Assembly (NCBI GenBank): GCA_963807405.1
Contig: CAWEBU010000006.1
Span: forward strand, 1,726,527-1,790,526
Origin: an uncultured Acidobacteriota bacterium
GTDB lineage: Bacteria > Acidobacteriota > Vicinamibacteria > Vicinamibacterales > UBA2999
Length of the DNA: 64,000 nucleotides
Direction of reading: 5' to 3'
In this document: positions 36,561 through 45,841 of the stretch, one piece after another
How the letters are laid out: every line of letters begins with the position of its first letter
Numbering within the stretch: the stretch's first letter is position 1
Notes under the pieces: generated by a model
Told to the model about the DNA's origin: nothing
The model's input: only the letters and a program-made list of their open reading frames with translations
Databases searched by the model: none
Program-made: the position numbers and the translations under genes

Positions 36561-37166
36561 GTGAGGCATTCCACTCTGTTCGCTACCGGCGGTGCGATGG
36601 TGTTCGCGGGCGCGATCACCCTGTCGGCGCAGACGCCGTCGCCGAACCAGCCCGCCATGAACAGCGGCAAGACGACCATCACCGTGACGGGCTGTCTCAA
36701 GCCGTGGGACAACACCATGGGCATGGCGCCGGCCGATCCGATGGCCAAGCCCGCCACGCCGAGCGACCCCATGGCCAAGCCAGGCACCACCCCGATGCCG
36801 GGGACGCGCTACGTGCTGATGAACGCGGAGACCGCCAAGCCGGGCGAGACCACCAAGCCGACGGCGTCGCCGTCGACCCCCATGCCCTCGACCGCTCCGG
36901 CTGCTTCTGCCCACCCGCAGGCGTCCCAGTTCGTGGTGACGGCGGGCACGGGCGTGAACCTCGCGGCACATGTCAATCATCAGGTGACCGTGACGGGAAC
37001 CGTGGACAACCACATGGCCACGGCCGATGCAGCGATGGCGCCCGAGAGCGGCGCGGAGGGTTCCAAGCCGATGACCGCCGGTCAGAAGGCGACGGCCAAG
37101 GATTGGGCGACGCTGACGGCGACCTCCGTGACCATGGTCAGCGCCACCTGCACCGTGAAGAGCTAG
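36561..37166 (+). CDS. Exported hypothetical protein (Pro/Thr/Met-rich middle, two Cys)
   Basis: GGAGG RBS 6 nt before the GTG at 36561. Signal-like MRHSTLFATGGAMVFAGAITLSAQ. No family recognised. Confidence 0.6.
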   Translation: MRHSTLFATGGAMVFAGAITLSAQTPSPNQPAMNSGKTTITVTGCLKPWDNTMGMAPADPMAKPATPSDPMAKPGTTPMPGTRYVLMNAETAKPGETTKPTASPSTPMPSTAPAASAHPQASQFVVTAGTGVNLAAHVNHQVTVTGTVDNHMATADAAMAPESGAEGSKPMTAGQKATAKDWATLTATSVTMVSATCTVKS

Positions 37167-37207
37167 TCCCGTGTGCTGCACCTCGTGATCGAGGTCAAGG
37201 AGACGCC

Positions 37208-37969
37208 ATGCTGAGAAGCCTGCACGACCTGAAGGGGTTCCGTATCCGTGCCACCGATGCTGAGGTCGGGTCGGTCCACGACGCGTTCCTCGACGACGAA
37301 CGCTGGGCGGTGCGCTACCTGGTCGTCGAGACCGGCGACTGGCTGTCGGGCCGCCAGGTGCTCATGTCGCCGATGACGATCACGGCCGTTGACCTGAGCG
37401 CCCGGGAGCTGTCCGTGGCGCTCACACGAGCGCAGATCGAGGGCAGTCCCGATGTCGACACCCACCAACCGATCTCCAGGCAGCAAGAGGCGCAGCACGC
37501 CGCCTACTACGGCCTGATGCCCTACTGGGGTGGACCGGAGCTGTGGGGCGCTGGAGCGGCGCCTGGCATTTTCGGCGACCCGCCGCTGGACGCCAGTCGA
37601 ACCACCACGGTGGGCTCGGAGGTCGTTACCCCGCCCAGCGCCTCCACAGACTCCCATCTTCGTAGCGCGAACGAACTCGTGGGCTACCACATCCTCGCTA
37701 CGGACGGCGAGATCGGCCACATCGACGACCTCCTGGTAGACGATCGCACCTGGGCCGTCCGGTTCATCGAGGTGGACACGAGCAACTGGATCGGCGGGAC
37801 GGCGGTCGTCGTGCCCGGCACCGCGCTCGGCGACGTGGACTGGAGCCGCCGGCTCGTATCGGTGTCCCTCACGCGCCGCCAGGTGGAAGAGAGCCCACGC
37901 CTGGACCGGAAGGCTCTGACCGCGGAGGCGCGCCTCGACGAGTACTACAAGTCGGGCGTGCCGAGCTGA
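37208..37969 (+). CDS. PRC-barrel domain protein (two PRC-barrel-like halves)
   Basis: AAGGAG RBS before the ATG at 37208. There are two similar segments: LKGFRIRATDAEVGSVHDAFLDDERWAVRYLVVETGDW and LVGYHILATDGEIGHIDDLLVDDRTWAVRFIEVDTSNW. Confidence 0.75.
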   Translation: MLRSLHDLKGFRIRATDAEVGSVHDAFLDDERWAVRYLVVETGDWLSGRQVLMSPMTITAVDLSARELSVALTRAQIEGSPDVDTHQPISRQQEAQHAAYYGLMPYWGGPELWGAGAAPGIFGDPPLDASRTTTVGSEVVTPPSASTDSHLRSANELVGYHILATDGEIGHIDDLLVDDRTWAVRFIEVDTSNWIGGTAVVVPGTALGDVDWSRRLVSVSLTRRQVEESPRLDRKALTAEARLDEYYKSGVPS

Positions 37970-37997
37970 TTGGACGCGGGGCCCTCGGGGCGTGCGC

Positions 37998-39107
37998 TCA
38001 CGTACGGGGCGTCCGCAGGCGCGCCTTCCGCTCGCCTTTCACCGTGACGACCCGGCCGAGCGCGTCCTCGACGTAGAGCATCTTGACCGCCACGAAGACC
38101 ACCGCCGTGAGCGGCACCGCCAGCAGGAGCCCAAGGAGCCCGAAGGTCACGGCCAGCAACAACTGCGACGCGATCAGCAACACCGGCGGTATCGACGCGG
38201 CGCGCTGCTGGATGAGCGGCGTGATCACGTAGCCGTCGATGTTCTGCACGGCGAGGTAGAGGAGCAGCACGTAGATGCCCTGGGTCGGGCCCTGGGCCAC
38301 GGCGATGAGGACCGCGGGCACACCAGCGACGAGCGGCCCGATGTTCGGCACGAAGCTCATCACGCCAGCGATGATGCCGAGCGGGACGGCGAACGGAATG
38401 CCCAGGAGCCACAGGCCCGTGCCGGTGAGAATTCCATTGATCGCCATCGAGCCTGAAATGCCGAGCAGGAACCGCTGCAGGGTGTAGTGGATGACCGACA
38501 ACACCTGCCGTGCTCGTGCCTCGCGCGCGGGCGGCACGAGGGCGACCAGACCCTCTCTGTAGGTGTCGAGCCTGAAGGCGAAGTAGGCGGCAATCATGAG
38601 CACGATCAGCAGGTTGACGACCACATCGAGCACGCTCGAGAACACGCCAGTGACACGTCCGAGAATGTTGCCCGACTGGCGGCCGAAGACCATGCTCTCC
38701 GGCGCCGGCATGGCGTCCACGACCCGCCGTCCCAGTGGATATTGCGAGACCACTGTCCGTGCCTGTTCGTAGGCGGCCGGCAACTGGTCGGTCAGGTCCG
38801 CGAACTCCCGCTCCACCGACGGCGCAAGAAGTGTCCAGGCCAGCGTCGTCACCCCCGCGATCGCGAGCACCACCACCACCACCGCCCAGTCGCTGGGCAG
38901 CCTCGTGACCTTGCTCACGACCTCGCCCAGGCTGCGCAGGACGATCGCCAGCAGCAGCCCCGCAAAGACGAGCAGCCCGATCTCCGCTCCCTGCCACAGC
39001 AGCGCGAGGCCGACGGCAGACAGCGCCGTGATGCCCACCACGATCAGGACACGTTGGACGAAGCGCCACGGCACCGGGCCCGTGGCGTCGCTGTGGTTCT
39101 CTGACAT
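37998..39107 (-). CDS. AI-2E family (PerM/UPF0118) membrane transporter
   Basis: GGAGG RBS before the ATG at 39107. Multiple TM helices and the typical block FVPNIGPLVAGVPAVLIA...GYVITPLIQ. Confidence 0.8.
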   Translation of the reverse strand: MSENHSDATGPVPWRFVQRVLIVVGITALSAVGLALLWQGAEIGLLVFAGLLLAIVLRSLGEVVSKVTRLPSDWAVVVVVLAIAGVTTLAWTLLAPSVEREFADLTDQLPAAYEQARTVVSQYPLGRRVVDAMPAPESMVFGRQSGNILGRVTGVFSSVLDVVVNLLIVLMIAAYFAFRLDTYREGLVALVPPAREARARQVLSVIHYTLQRFLLGISGSMAINGILTGTGLWLLGIPFAVPLGIIAGVMSFVPNIGPLVAGVPAVLIAVAQGPTQGIYVLLLYLAVQNIDGYVITPLIQQRAASIPPVLLIASQLLLAVTFGLLGLLLAVPLTAVVFVAVKMLYVEDALGRVVTVKGERKARLRTPRT

Positions 39108-39493
39108 CGTCCTCCATGATGCGCGGCCGGCCGGTCCGATCGTCCTGGTGAGCATGGCATGACCGCCCGCCGCTCGACCCATTAGTTGCGTGTGCCGCTC
39201 GACCCCTAGAGCCGGCTGGACTCCTTCCCCCGTTCGAGGGAGACGGCTACTCTGAATGTCCGAGCTGCCCGCCAGAGCGACCGGCAAAGCAAGATATTCC
39301 CTGACAACTCGCTCCTCCACGCTTGGTTGGCGGATGGCCACGAGATTGCAGAACTCGCCCCCTAGGCCCGATTCGCCGCACTTGCCGGACGCCTGACCTT
39401 CAGTCCAACCCGGTCAGACCGCAGGCGGCACCTTCCTTCCGAATGAATCTGGGTCACCCACTTCGTACGTCAGAGAAAGAAGGACTAAAGAAC

Positions 39494-40333
39494 ATGCGAC
39501 TACTGATCTGCTCGACCTCGTTGCTGCTGTTCGTTTTGACCCTCCCGGCCATCGCGGTCGGTCAGCCGTCCGCGCAGGCCAGTCCTCCGGCCGACGCCGG
39601 ACAGGCGAACGCCATGCGGCAGACTGAGGGGACGGTGACGTCCGCTCGCCGTGGCTCGATGGTGGTCCGGAGCGAAGACGGCACCTTCCAGATATTCTTC
39701 GTGACGTCGGACACGACTCGGGCCCGGCGCCTGCGTGTGGGCGACCGCGTCCGGGTGGCGACCGACCAGAGCGACACCGACGCCGCGCCCACGGCCTTGG
39801 CGGTCGAGATCCTCGAGGATGGTCCGCCTGCGGCCGCCACGGAGGCGGAGGCCCAGCCCCTGCCGCTCGACATCCGCCGGCTCGAAGCGCAGATTGAACG
39901 CCAGGTCCAGCGCTACCGCCTCGGCATCATGGGCGGCGTGACCTTCGATCCGGAGCTCGTGTCGGTCAGTGTGTTTTCGATGCTCGGCCCGGTGTTCACG
40001 CCCAACCTGACGCTCCGACCCAGTGCGGAACTCGCCGTTGGCGAGGTCACGACGCTAGTCGCCCTGCACGTCGACGCGCTGTACAGCATCGCTGGCCGCG
40101 GGCGGCAGGCCGGTTGGGTGCCCTACCTCGGCGCCGGCCCGAATTTTTCATTCAGCCACCGCGGCTTCGAGGACGAGACCGGCACCGACCGCTTCGACTT
40201 CGGTGAGTTCAACTTCGACGGCGGCGTGAACTTCATCGCCGGCGCTCGCCGGGCAAGCGGCGTCTTCGTCGAGCTGAAGGCGACAGCCTATGGAGTCGTC
40301 AATGTCAGGGTCCAGGGCGGCTTCAGTTTCTGA
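39494..40333 (+). CDS. Exported hypothetical protein with a C-terminal beta-barrel-like region ending in Phe
   Basis: Signal peptide MRLLICSTSLLLFVLTLPAIAVGQ. The C-terminal half has alternating beta-strand-like sequence ending ...VNVRVQGGFSF, an outer-membrane-protein-like terminus. Confidence 0.55.
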   Translation: MRLLICSTSLLLFVLTLPAIAVGQPSAQASPPADAGQANAMRQTEGTVTSARRGSMVVRSEDGTFQIFFVTSDTTRARRLRVGDRVRVATDQSDTDAAPTALAVEILEDGPPAAATEAEAQPLPLDIRRLEAQIERQVQRYRLGIMGGVTFDPELVSVSVFSMLGPVFTPNLTLRPSAELAVGEVTTLVALHVDALYSIAGRGRQAGWVPYLGAGPNFSFSHRGFEDETGTDRFDFGEFNFDGGVNFIAGARRASGVFVELKATAYGVVNVRVQGGFSF

Positions 40334-40446
40334 CACCGCCAGACGCAGACACCGGCTGCTAGTGCCGTTCGAATGACTCTTCCTGGGAGACTCACAGGTC
40401 GCCCTGACGCAGTTTTCGCGTCAAGGCGACCTGTGGCCGTGCCGAG

Positions 40447-41034
40447 CTAGTTGAGGGCGCCGGGTTTCTTCACGGGGTGCGCCTTCCGCCACTTGTCCCA
40501 TTCGGCTTTGGTCGCGGCGTCTTCCTTCCACTCCTCCCGGACTCCCGACTCGTTGTAGATGTGCAGTTTGCCCGCGCTCATGTCGGAGTCGGACGCGTCG
40601 GACGACAGCACCACGGCCTTGGACCGGCCGGAGATTTCCTTGGCCTGCGCGTCCGGGTAGATGAACTGATGCCCGTAGGTCGAGCCGGGATAGAAGTATG
40701 CGGCCATCGCAGGCGGCGAGCCCGCATCGGTCGCCTTGAAGCGCACGACGATGTCGCCCTTCACATCCAGTCGCTTCACCGGTACGGCGTGAACCGTGGC
40801 CACGACCTTGTTGCCGTCTTCGGACAGGATCTGCACCGTGTGCCGGTTGGATCGCATGTCCGCGAGCTTGAACAGATAGCTCCCCGGTTGGAGTGTGGCG
40901 CCGGGCACCATGACGGGATCGCTGAACTTGAGGGTCGTGCGCTCGTTCCACGTCATCTGCGCGAACGCTGCCGAGACGCTGGTGAGGGCGATGGCAGCAG
41001 CCACGGCGGCCGCATTCCTGGTCAGTGCACTCAT
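40447..41034 (-). CDS. Exported hypothetical protein (195 aa)
   Basis: GGAGG RBS before the ATG at 41034. Signal peptide MSALTRNAAAVAAAIALTSVSAAFAQ. No family recognised. Confidence 0.6.
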   Translation of the reverse strand: MSALTRNAAAVAAAIALTSVSAAFAQMTWNERTTLKFSDPVMVPGATLQPGSYLFKLADMRSNRHTVQILSEDGNKVVATVHAVPVKRLDVKGDIVVRFKATDAGSPPAMAAYFYPGSTYGHQFIYPDAQAKEISGRSKAVVLSSDASDSDMSAGKLHIYNESGVREEWKEDAATKAEWDKWRKAHPVKKPGALN

Positions 41035-41432
41035 TGGTGGTCCTCCGTATGAAAGTTGCCTGAAGATGAACGCGAAATTTGCAAGGTCGATTCCACACGT
41101 CCTAAGTCCTTGCAGGCCAGAGGTTTTGCCCGATCGCGAGACCGATCAGAGTGACGAGCGCTACAGGATGTGAGCGTCATCGGGCGAACAGTGTGTAGTC
41201 GACGACAGATCGCCGTGCACGCCTCGCCGGAGGATGCCAGGCTACGGCCGGCCTGGCGGCACGAGTGGACCTCCCGGCCCCGTGCCCGGTACCGGGTCTG
41301 TGGGACCGGGGAGCGGGATCGGCTGCGGATCGGGGATCGGATTCGTCGGGCCGGGCCCTGGCATGGGCCCCGGCCCCGGGCGTGGATCGTTGCCGATCGC
41401 GAGCCGTCGCGGCTCGACGACTATCGGACCGT

Positions 41433-41729
41433 TCACTCGGCGGCTCCCGTCGTCACGCCCGCGGATTCACGAGATGCCGCTCCTGCGGTGCTGCCGCGCT
41501 CATCGGAGGCCGCGTCGACTTCACGCTCCGCCTGGAGCCAGTCATCGAGATGGCTGCCGCCGGTACCGCCGCGCGATTCGTAGATGGCGTAGGCGCGGGC
41601 GGCCACCCGCGTCAGCCGGTCGCCTGTCGCTGCGCCCCCGTCGGCCACCGTCGCGGCCGGCGCGGAAGATGCTCCATTGACTGTCTGCGGTGACACCGCA
41701 CCTCGAACTGAACGTGACGCTCGAGCCAT
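41433..41729 (-). CDS. DUF2934-like small protein
   Basis: GGAGG RBS before the ATG at 41729. The core RVAARAYAIYESRGGTGGSHLDDWLQAEREV matches the remembered DUF2934 pattern (RAYxxWExxGxxxGxxxxDWxxAE). Confidence 0.6.
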   Translation of the reverse strand: MARASRSVRGAVSPQTVNGASSAPAATVADGGAATGDRLTRVAARAYAIYESRGGTGGSHLDDWLQAEREVDAASDERGSTAGAASRESAGVTTGAAE

Positions 41730-41942
41730 CTTGACCTCCACTGCTGATGCGCGCGGCCGGCCTCGGCGCCGAACCGCGACCTGGGCCGCTGCGCGATACC
41801 CGGAGAGGAGCAAGAGCAATGCCGTCGCTGCTGGCGACGGACAGCGGCCGGCGGTGGATGGGTCGGTCGAATGCACCACACGATGGGCAAGGTCGTGCAG
41901 CATTCGTGTAGCCACTGCTCGCGGCGGAGCTGGGCGTTCCCG

Positions 41943-43595
41943 TCAGAGCGACGGCAGCGCCAGGCGGTCCAGTCCGCCGACGCGGAACCAGCGGTAGCCG
42001 TAGGGCGGCAGCTCGAGGACGTGCCGGCCGTTCTCCACGGTGCTGCCGCCCTCAGCCAGCATGTCCGCCAGCACGCCCGAGCCCACATCGCGCGCGCTCA
42101 GGGTGACGGCGCGGGGACGCTCGCCGAAGTTGTGCGCGATGAGGACGGCCCGGCCTTCGAACTCGTAGCGCATGACCAGCACGTCGCTGGCGTCGCTGCC
42201 GAGCATCTTCCACTCGCCCCAGCTGATCTCGGGACACTCTTTGCGCATCCGGATCACCCGGCCCATCCAGTTGAGCAGTGACCCCGGATCCCGCCGCTGC
42301 TCGGCCACGCTGACGCGCTTGTAGCCATAGATCGGGTCTGAGATGACGGGGCGCACCGGCCGCTTGGCCGTGGTGAAGCCGCCATGGACTTCCGCCGACC
42401 ATTGCATGGGCGTCCGGGCGCTCTCGCGCTCGGGCAGGGACAGATCGTCGCCGAGGCCGATCTCGTCGCCGTACTGGATCATCGGGGTTCCAGGCAGCGT
42501 GAACAGCAGGCTGAAGGCCAGCTCGAGCCGGCGCCGATCGTTGTTGAGCATGGGCGCCAGGCGCCGCCGGATGCCGCGGCCGTAGAGCTGCATGTCGGGC
42601 GTCGGGCCGAACGCCTCGAACGTGCGCCCGCGCTGAGCGTCGCTGAGGCGCCCCAGGTCGAGCTCGTCGTGGCTGCGCAGGAAGTTGACCCACTGCGCGG
42701 CCCTGGGAATCGTCCGCGTGTCTTCGAGCGCCTTCACGAGCGGCTTGAGATCGCCGGTGGCCAGGGCGTAGAACAACCGCTGGTTGACCGGGAAGTTGAG
42801 CATCATCTGCAGGCAGTCGCCCTGCGCGCCGAAGTACTTCATGCTCTCCGCGGGCGGCACGTTGGCCTCCGCCAGAAGCACGGCGTCGCGGCGGCGCCAC
42901 TGCAGGAAGTCGCGCATCTCGTGCAGCAGCCCGTAGTCCTTGGCGGGCTTCACGCCGGCGCCCTTGCGCTCGATGAGGAACGGCACCGCGTCCATGCGGA
43001 AACCGGAGACACCCAGTTCGAGCCAGAAGCCCATGATGCGCTGGATCTCTTTGCGGACCTGCGGGTTGTGGGTGTCGAGATCGGGCTGAAACTCGTAGAA
43101 CCGGTGAAAGTAGTAGGCCTTGGCGCGTGCGTCGTGGGTCCAGGTGGTCGTCTGCACCCCGGGGAAGACCATGCCCTGGTCGTGATCCTTCGGCCGCGTC
43201 TTGGACCACACGAACCAGTCGCGGTACCTGGACGACGGCGATCGTCGCGCGTCCTGGAACCACGGGTGGCTGGAGGAGGCGTGGTTCACGACCAGATCGA
43301 CGATGACGCGCAGGCCGAGCTGGTGGGCGTAGCTCATGAACTCGACGAACTTCCCGAGCGTGCCGTGCTTGGGGTGCACCCCGTAGTAGTCGCTGACGTC
43401 GTAGCCGTTGTCCTTGGCCGGAGACGGGTAGAAGGGCTGGAGCCACAGGCACGTCACACCGAGGCCGACGAGGTAGTCGAGGCGATCCTTCAGCCCGTCG
43501 AAGTCGCCGACGCCGTCGCCGTCGGAGTCGAGGAACTTCTCGACGTCCAGGCAGTAGATGACGGCGTGCTTGTACCAGAGATCGTGAAAGCTCAT
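41943..43595 (-). CDS. GH13 alpha-amylase-family enzyme, trehalose synthase (TreS)-like
   Basis: WYKHAVIYCLDVEKFLDSDGDGVGDFDGL, DLVVNHAS, GFRMDAVPF and FLRSHDEL are the GH13 conserved regions. The ATG at 43595 overlaps the upstream stop (ATGA). Confidence 0.8.
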   Translation of the reverse strand: MSFHDLWYKHAVIYCLDVEKFLDSDGDGVGDFDGLKDRLDYLVGLGVTCLWLQPFYPSPAKDNGYDVSDYYGVHPKHGTLGKFVEFMSYAHQLGLRVIVDLVVNHASSSHPWFQDARRSPSSRYRDWFVWSKTRPKDHDQGMVFPGVQTTTWTHDARAKAYYFHRFYEFQPDLDTHNPQVRKEIQRIMGFWLELGVSGFRMDAVPFLIERKGAGVKPAKDYGLLHEMRDFLQWRRRDAVLLAEANVPPAESMKYFGAQGDCLQMMLNFPVNQRLFYALATGDLKPLVKALEDTRTIPRAAQWVNFLRSHDELDLGRLSDAQRGRTFEAFGPTPDMQLYGRGIRRRLAPMLNNDRRRLELAFSLLFTLPGTPMIQYGDEIGLGDDLSLPERESARTPMQWSAEVHGGFTTAKRPVRPVISDPIYGYKRVSVAEQRRDPGSLLNWMGRVIRMRKECPEISWGEWKMLGSDASDVLVMRYEFEGRAVLIAHNFGERPRAVTLSARDVGSGVLADMLAEGGSTVENGRHVLELPPYGYRWFRVGGLDRLALPSL

Positions 43596-45700
43596 GTCGC
43601 GGCCTTTCTCGCGTCGGCCGCGGCCGTCGCGGCGGTTGTGCCGACGAGTGTGCGCAGCAGTTCGGCCACGCCCCAGGCCTGGGCGAAGCAACCACGCGGC
43701 GTGAACGGGGGATCGCCGTCGAAAATCTCGCTGACCGAGCCGACGCATCCGCCGTCGAGCTGGTCGAGCATCGGTGTCAGCACGTCGCGCGCGCCGGCCA
43801 GGTCGTCCGGGTGGAGCGCCAGCCAGGCATCGATGTAGGGGCCGATCAGCCACGACCAGACCGTGCCCTGGTGGTAGGCCGCATCGCGCGCGTGGAGAGT
43901 GCCGGTGTAGCGCGGCTGGTAGTCACGGTGCGCAGGCGACAGCGACCGCAGGCCGCGCGGCGTGAGCAGCCGCGTGCGGACCACCTCGAGCACGGCCGGC
44001 CACCGCGCGCGATCGAGGACCGGGTGCGGCAGCGAGATGGCGAGCAGCTGGTTGGGACGGCACGCCGGGTCGTCGCCCTGCTCGCCGTCCACCACATCCA
44101 GCAGGTGCCCGTGCGCCTCGCTCCAGAAGCGCCGGTTGAAGGCGGTGCGGGCGCGCGCGGCCTGTTCGCGCAGCACGACGGCCGCCCCGGCGCGGTCGCG
44201 GCCGTCGAGCCAGCCGGCGAGAAGAGACAGCGCGTTGAACCACAGGGCGTTGATCTCCACCGGCTTGCCGCGCCGTGGCGTCACCACCCAGCCGTCCACC
44301 TTGGCATCCATCCAGGTCAGCTGATAGCCATCGGCGCCTTGACGCAGCAAACCGTCGTCGTCGACGCCGATCCCGAACAGCGTCCCGGCGACGTGGTGCG
44401 CGACGATGTCCTCGAGAATCGGCAGAAGCTGGTCGACGAGCGAGTGGTCGTGGGTCCACTGCTGGTAGCGATCGAGGGCGTGGAAGAACCACAGCGTGGC
44501 ATCGGCCGTGTGGTACAGGCCATCGTCCTCGCCTTCGGGAAACAGATTCGGGATGAGGCCGCCACGCACGTGCTGCGAGAAGGTCAGGAGGATCTGCCGC
44601 GCCTCGTGGTGCCGTCCGGTCACGAGGGTCAGCCCTTCGAGCGCGATCATCGTGTCGCGGCCCCAGTCGGTGAACCACGGATAGCCGGCGATGACGGTCC
44701 GCGCGTGCGTGTCCGGGCCGGTCAGGACCGCCTCGCCAGGACGCGTGGCGGGCGCGATCACGAACTGGTCGGCGGCCAGCACGAGTTCGGCCGCGGCCCC
44801 ACGATGGGCGCGGACATCGGCGGCCGCGACGAGGAGCCTGCGGCGGCGGTGTTCGCGGGTGGCGATCTCGTCGGGCGACGTCGCGGCGAGCGTGGCCCAG
44901 GATTCGCTCGAGGCCACCAGCGTCACCGGGCGGTCCGGGGTGAGGACAGCACGAAAGCAGCCGGGACGCGTGAGTCCTCCCGTATGGTCGTAGCCCCGAT
45001 GCTCCTCCACGGCGTAGTGCACGGCGGCCACCTCGACGGCGTCCTCGGTGAAGGCGCCGGAGGTGCCGTTCAGCACCAACCGCAGCGTCGGCATGTCCTC
45101 ACCGCCGCTCACCTCCAGGCCGCGCCGGTCGCGGACCAGCGCGTAGCGGCGTCCGGCCGAGGCCGCCAGCGGCGCTTCGTGACGGCGGAAGGCGAGCAGC
45201 GGAGCGAGCGTCAGCTCGACGCCCTCCGCGCCGGCTACGAGCCGATACGTCACCTGGACGGTGTTCTGGCCGTGCGCCATGACGAGCGCGCGCTCGATGA
45301 CGGCATGCGGCAGGGTGTAGCGCCATGTGGGCAGGCCCCACTCGAGCCGGAACTCGGTCAGGAAGGGACTGCCACCGGCCTGGGCGAGTTCCCCCTGTGA
45401 CGCGTGCGCGTTCAGCCACGCCACCGTGCCGTCGGCCAACCGCACCTGCTCGTCGAGGTAGTTGAGGAGGATGACGCGGCCGAGCGGGGCCGGGTGCGCC
45501 GCGATGAGGACGCCGTGGAACCGGCGGGTGATGGCGCCGCCGACGGTGCCAGACGCGTAGCCGCCGAGGCCGTTGGTCACGAGCCACTCGCGCGCGGCGG
45601 GCTGGCCCGCGTCGGCGCCAGCGCTCCAGGCCACGCGCCGCGCGACGTCCGGCGCGTCAGGATGGGAGGACTCAGCAATCCCCGGCGACACTCCGTGCAT
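43592..45700 (-). CDS. Amylo-alpha-1,6-glucosidase / glycogen debranching enzyme (GDE_C type)
   Basis: 702 aa. Motifs GYPWFTDWGRDTMIAL and YHQGTVWSWLIGPY are typical of the bacterial/archaeal GDE family. Confidence 0.8.
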   Translation of the reverse strand: MHGVSPGIAESSHPDAPDVARRVAWSAGADAGQPAAREWLVTNGLGGYASGTVGGAITRRFHGVLIAAHPAPLGRVILLNYLDEQVRLADGTVAWLNAHASQGELAQAGGSPFLTEFRLEWGLPTWRYTLPHAVIERALVMAHGQNTVQVTYRLVAGAEGVELTLAPLLAFRRHEAPLAASAGRRYALVRDRRGLEVSGGEDMPTLRLVLNGTSGAFTEDAVEVAAVHYAVEEHRGYDHTGGLTRPGCFRAVLTPDRPVTLVASSESWATLAATSPDEIATREHRRRRLLVAAADVRAHRGAAAELVLAADQFVIAPATRPGEAVLTGPDTHARTVIAGYPWFTDWGRDTMIALEGLTLVTGRHHEARQILLTFSQHVRGGLIPNLFPEGEDDGLYHTADATLWFFHALDRYQQWTHDHSLVDQLLPILEDIVAHHVAGTLFGIGVDDDGLLRQGADGYQLTWMDAKVDGWVVTPRRGKPVEINALWFNALSLLAGWLDGRDRAGAAVVLREQAARARTAFNRRFWSEAHGHLLDVVDGEQGDDPACRPNQLLAISLPHPVLDRARWPAVLEVVRTRLLTPRGLRSLSPAHRDYQPRYTGTLHARDAAYHQGTVWSWLIGPYIDAWLALHPDDLAGARDVLTPMLDQLDGGCVGSVSEIFDGDPPFTPRGCFAQAWGVAELLRTLVGTTAATAAADARKAAT

Positions 45701-45841
45701 CGTCCGATTCTAGTCGCCCGGGAATGCGCCCCTCGCGCGCGTCCACCGGCGCGCGCACCACCAGCGCGACCATGGGCCCGCCCACGCCGGAAGTCCGGTA
45801 GGATCGAACCCTGTTCCGAGGCGCGCGGCAGACGCCCGGCG

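Noticed and set aside
41234-41680. Gly/Pro-rich ORFs on both strands (41234..41680 plus; 41242..41436 minus, with a GTGA overlap with the DUF2934 gene stop).
   Set aside because: The low-complexity PGPG sequence is readable on both strands. There is no RBS or family signal, so the coding strand cannot be decided. Left unannotated.
36162-41942. Prophage or integrative element at the tRNA-Arg.
   Set aside because: No integrase, phage, conjugation or transposase genes are seen in any frame, and no second att copy at the distal end. Retained only as a possible old island (see findings).
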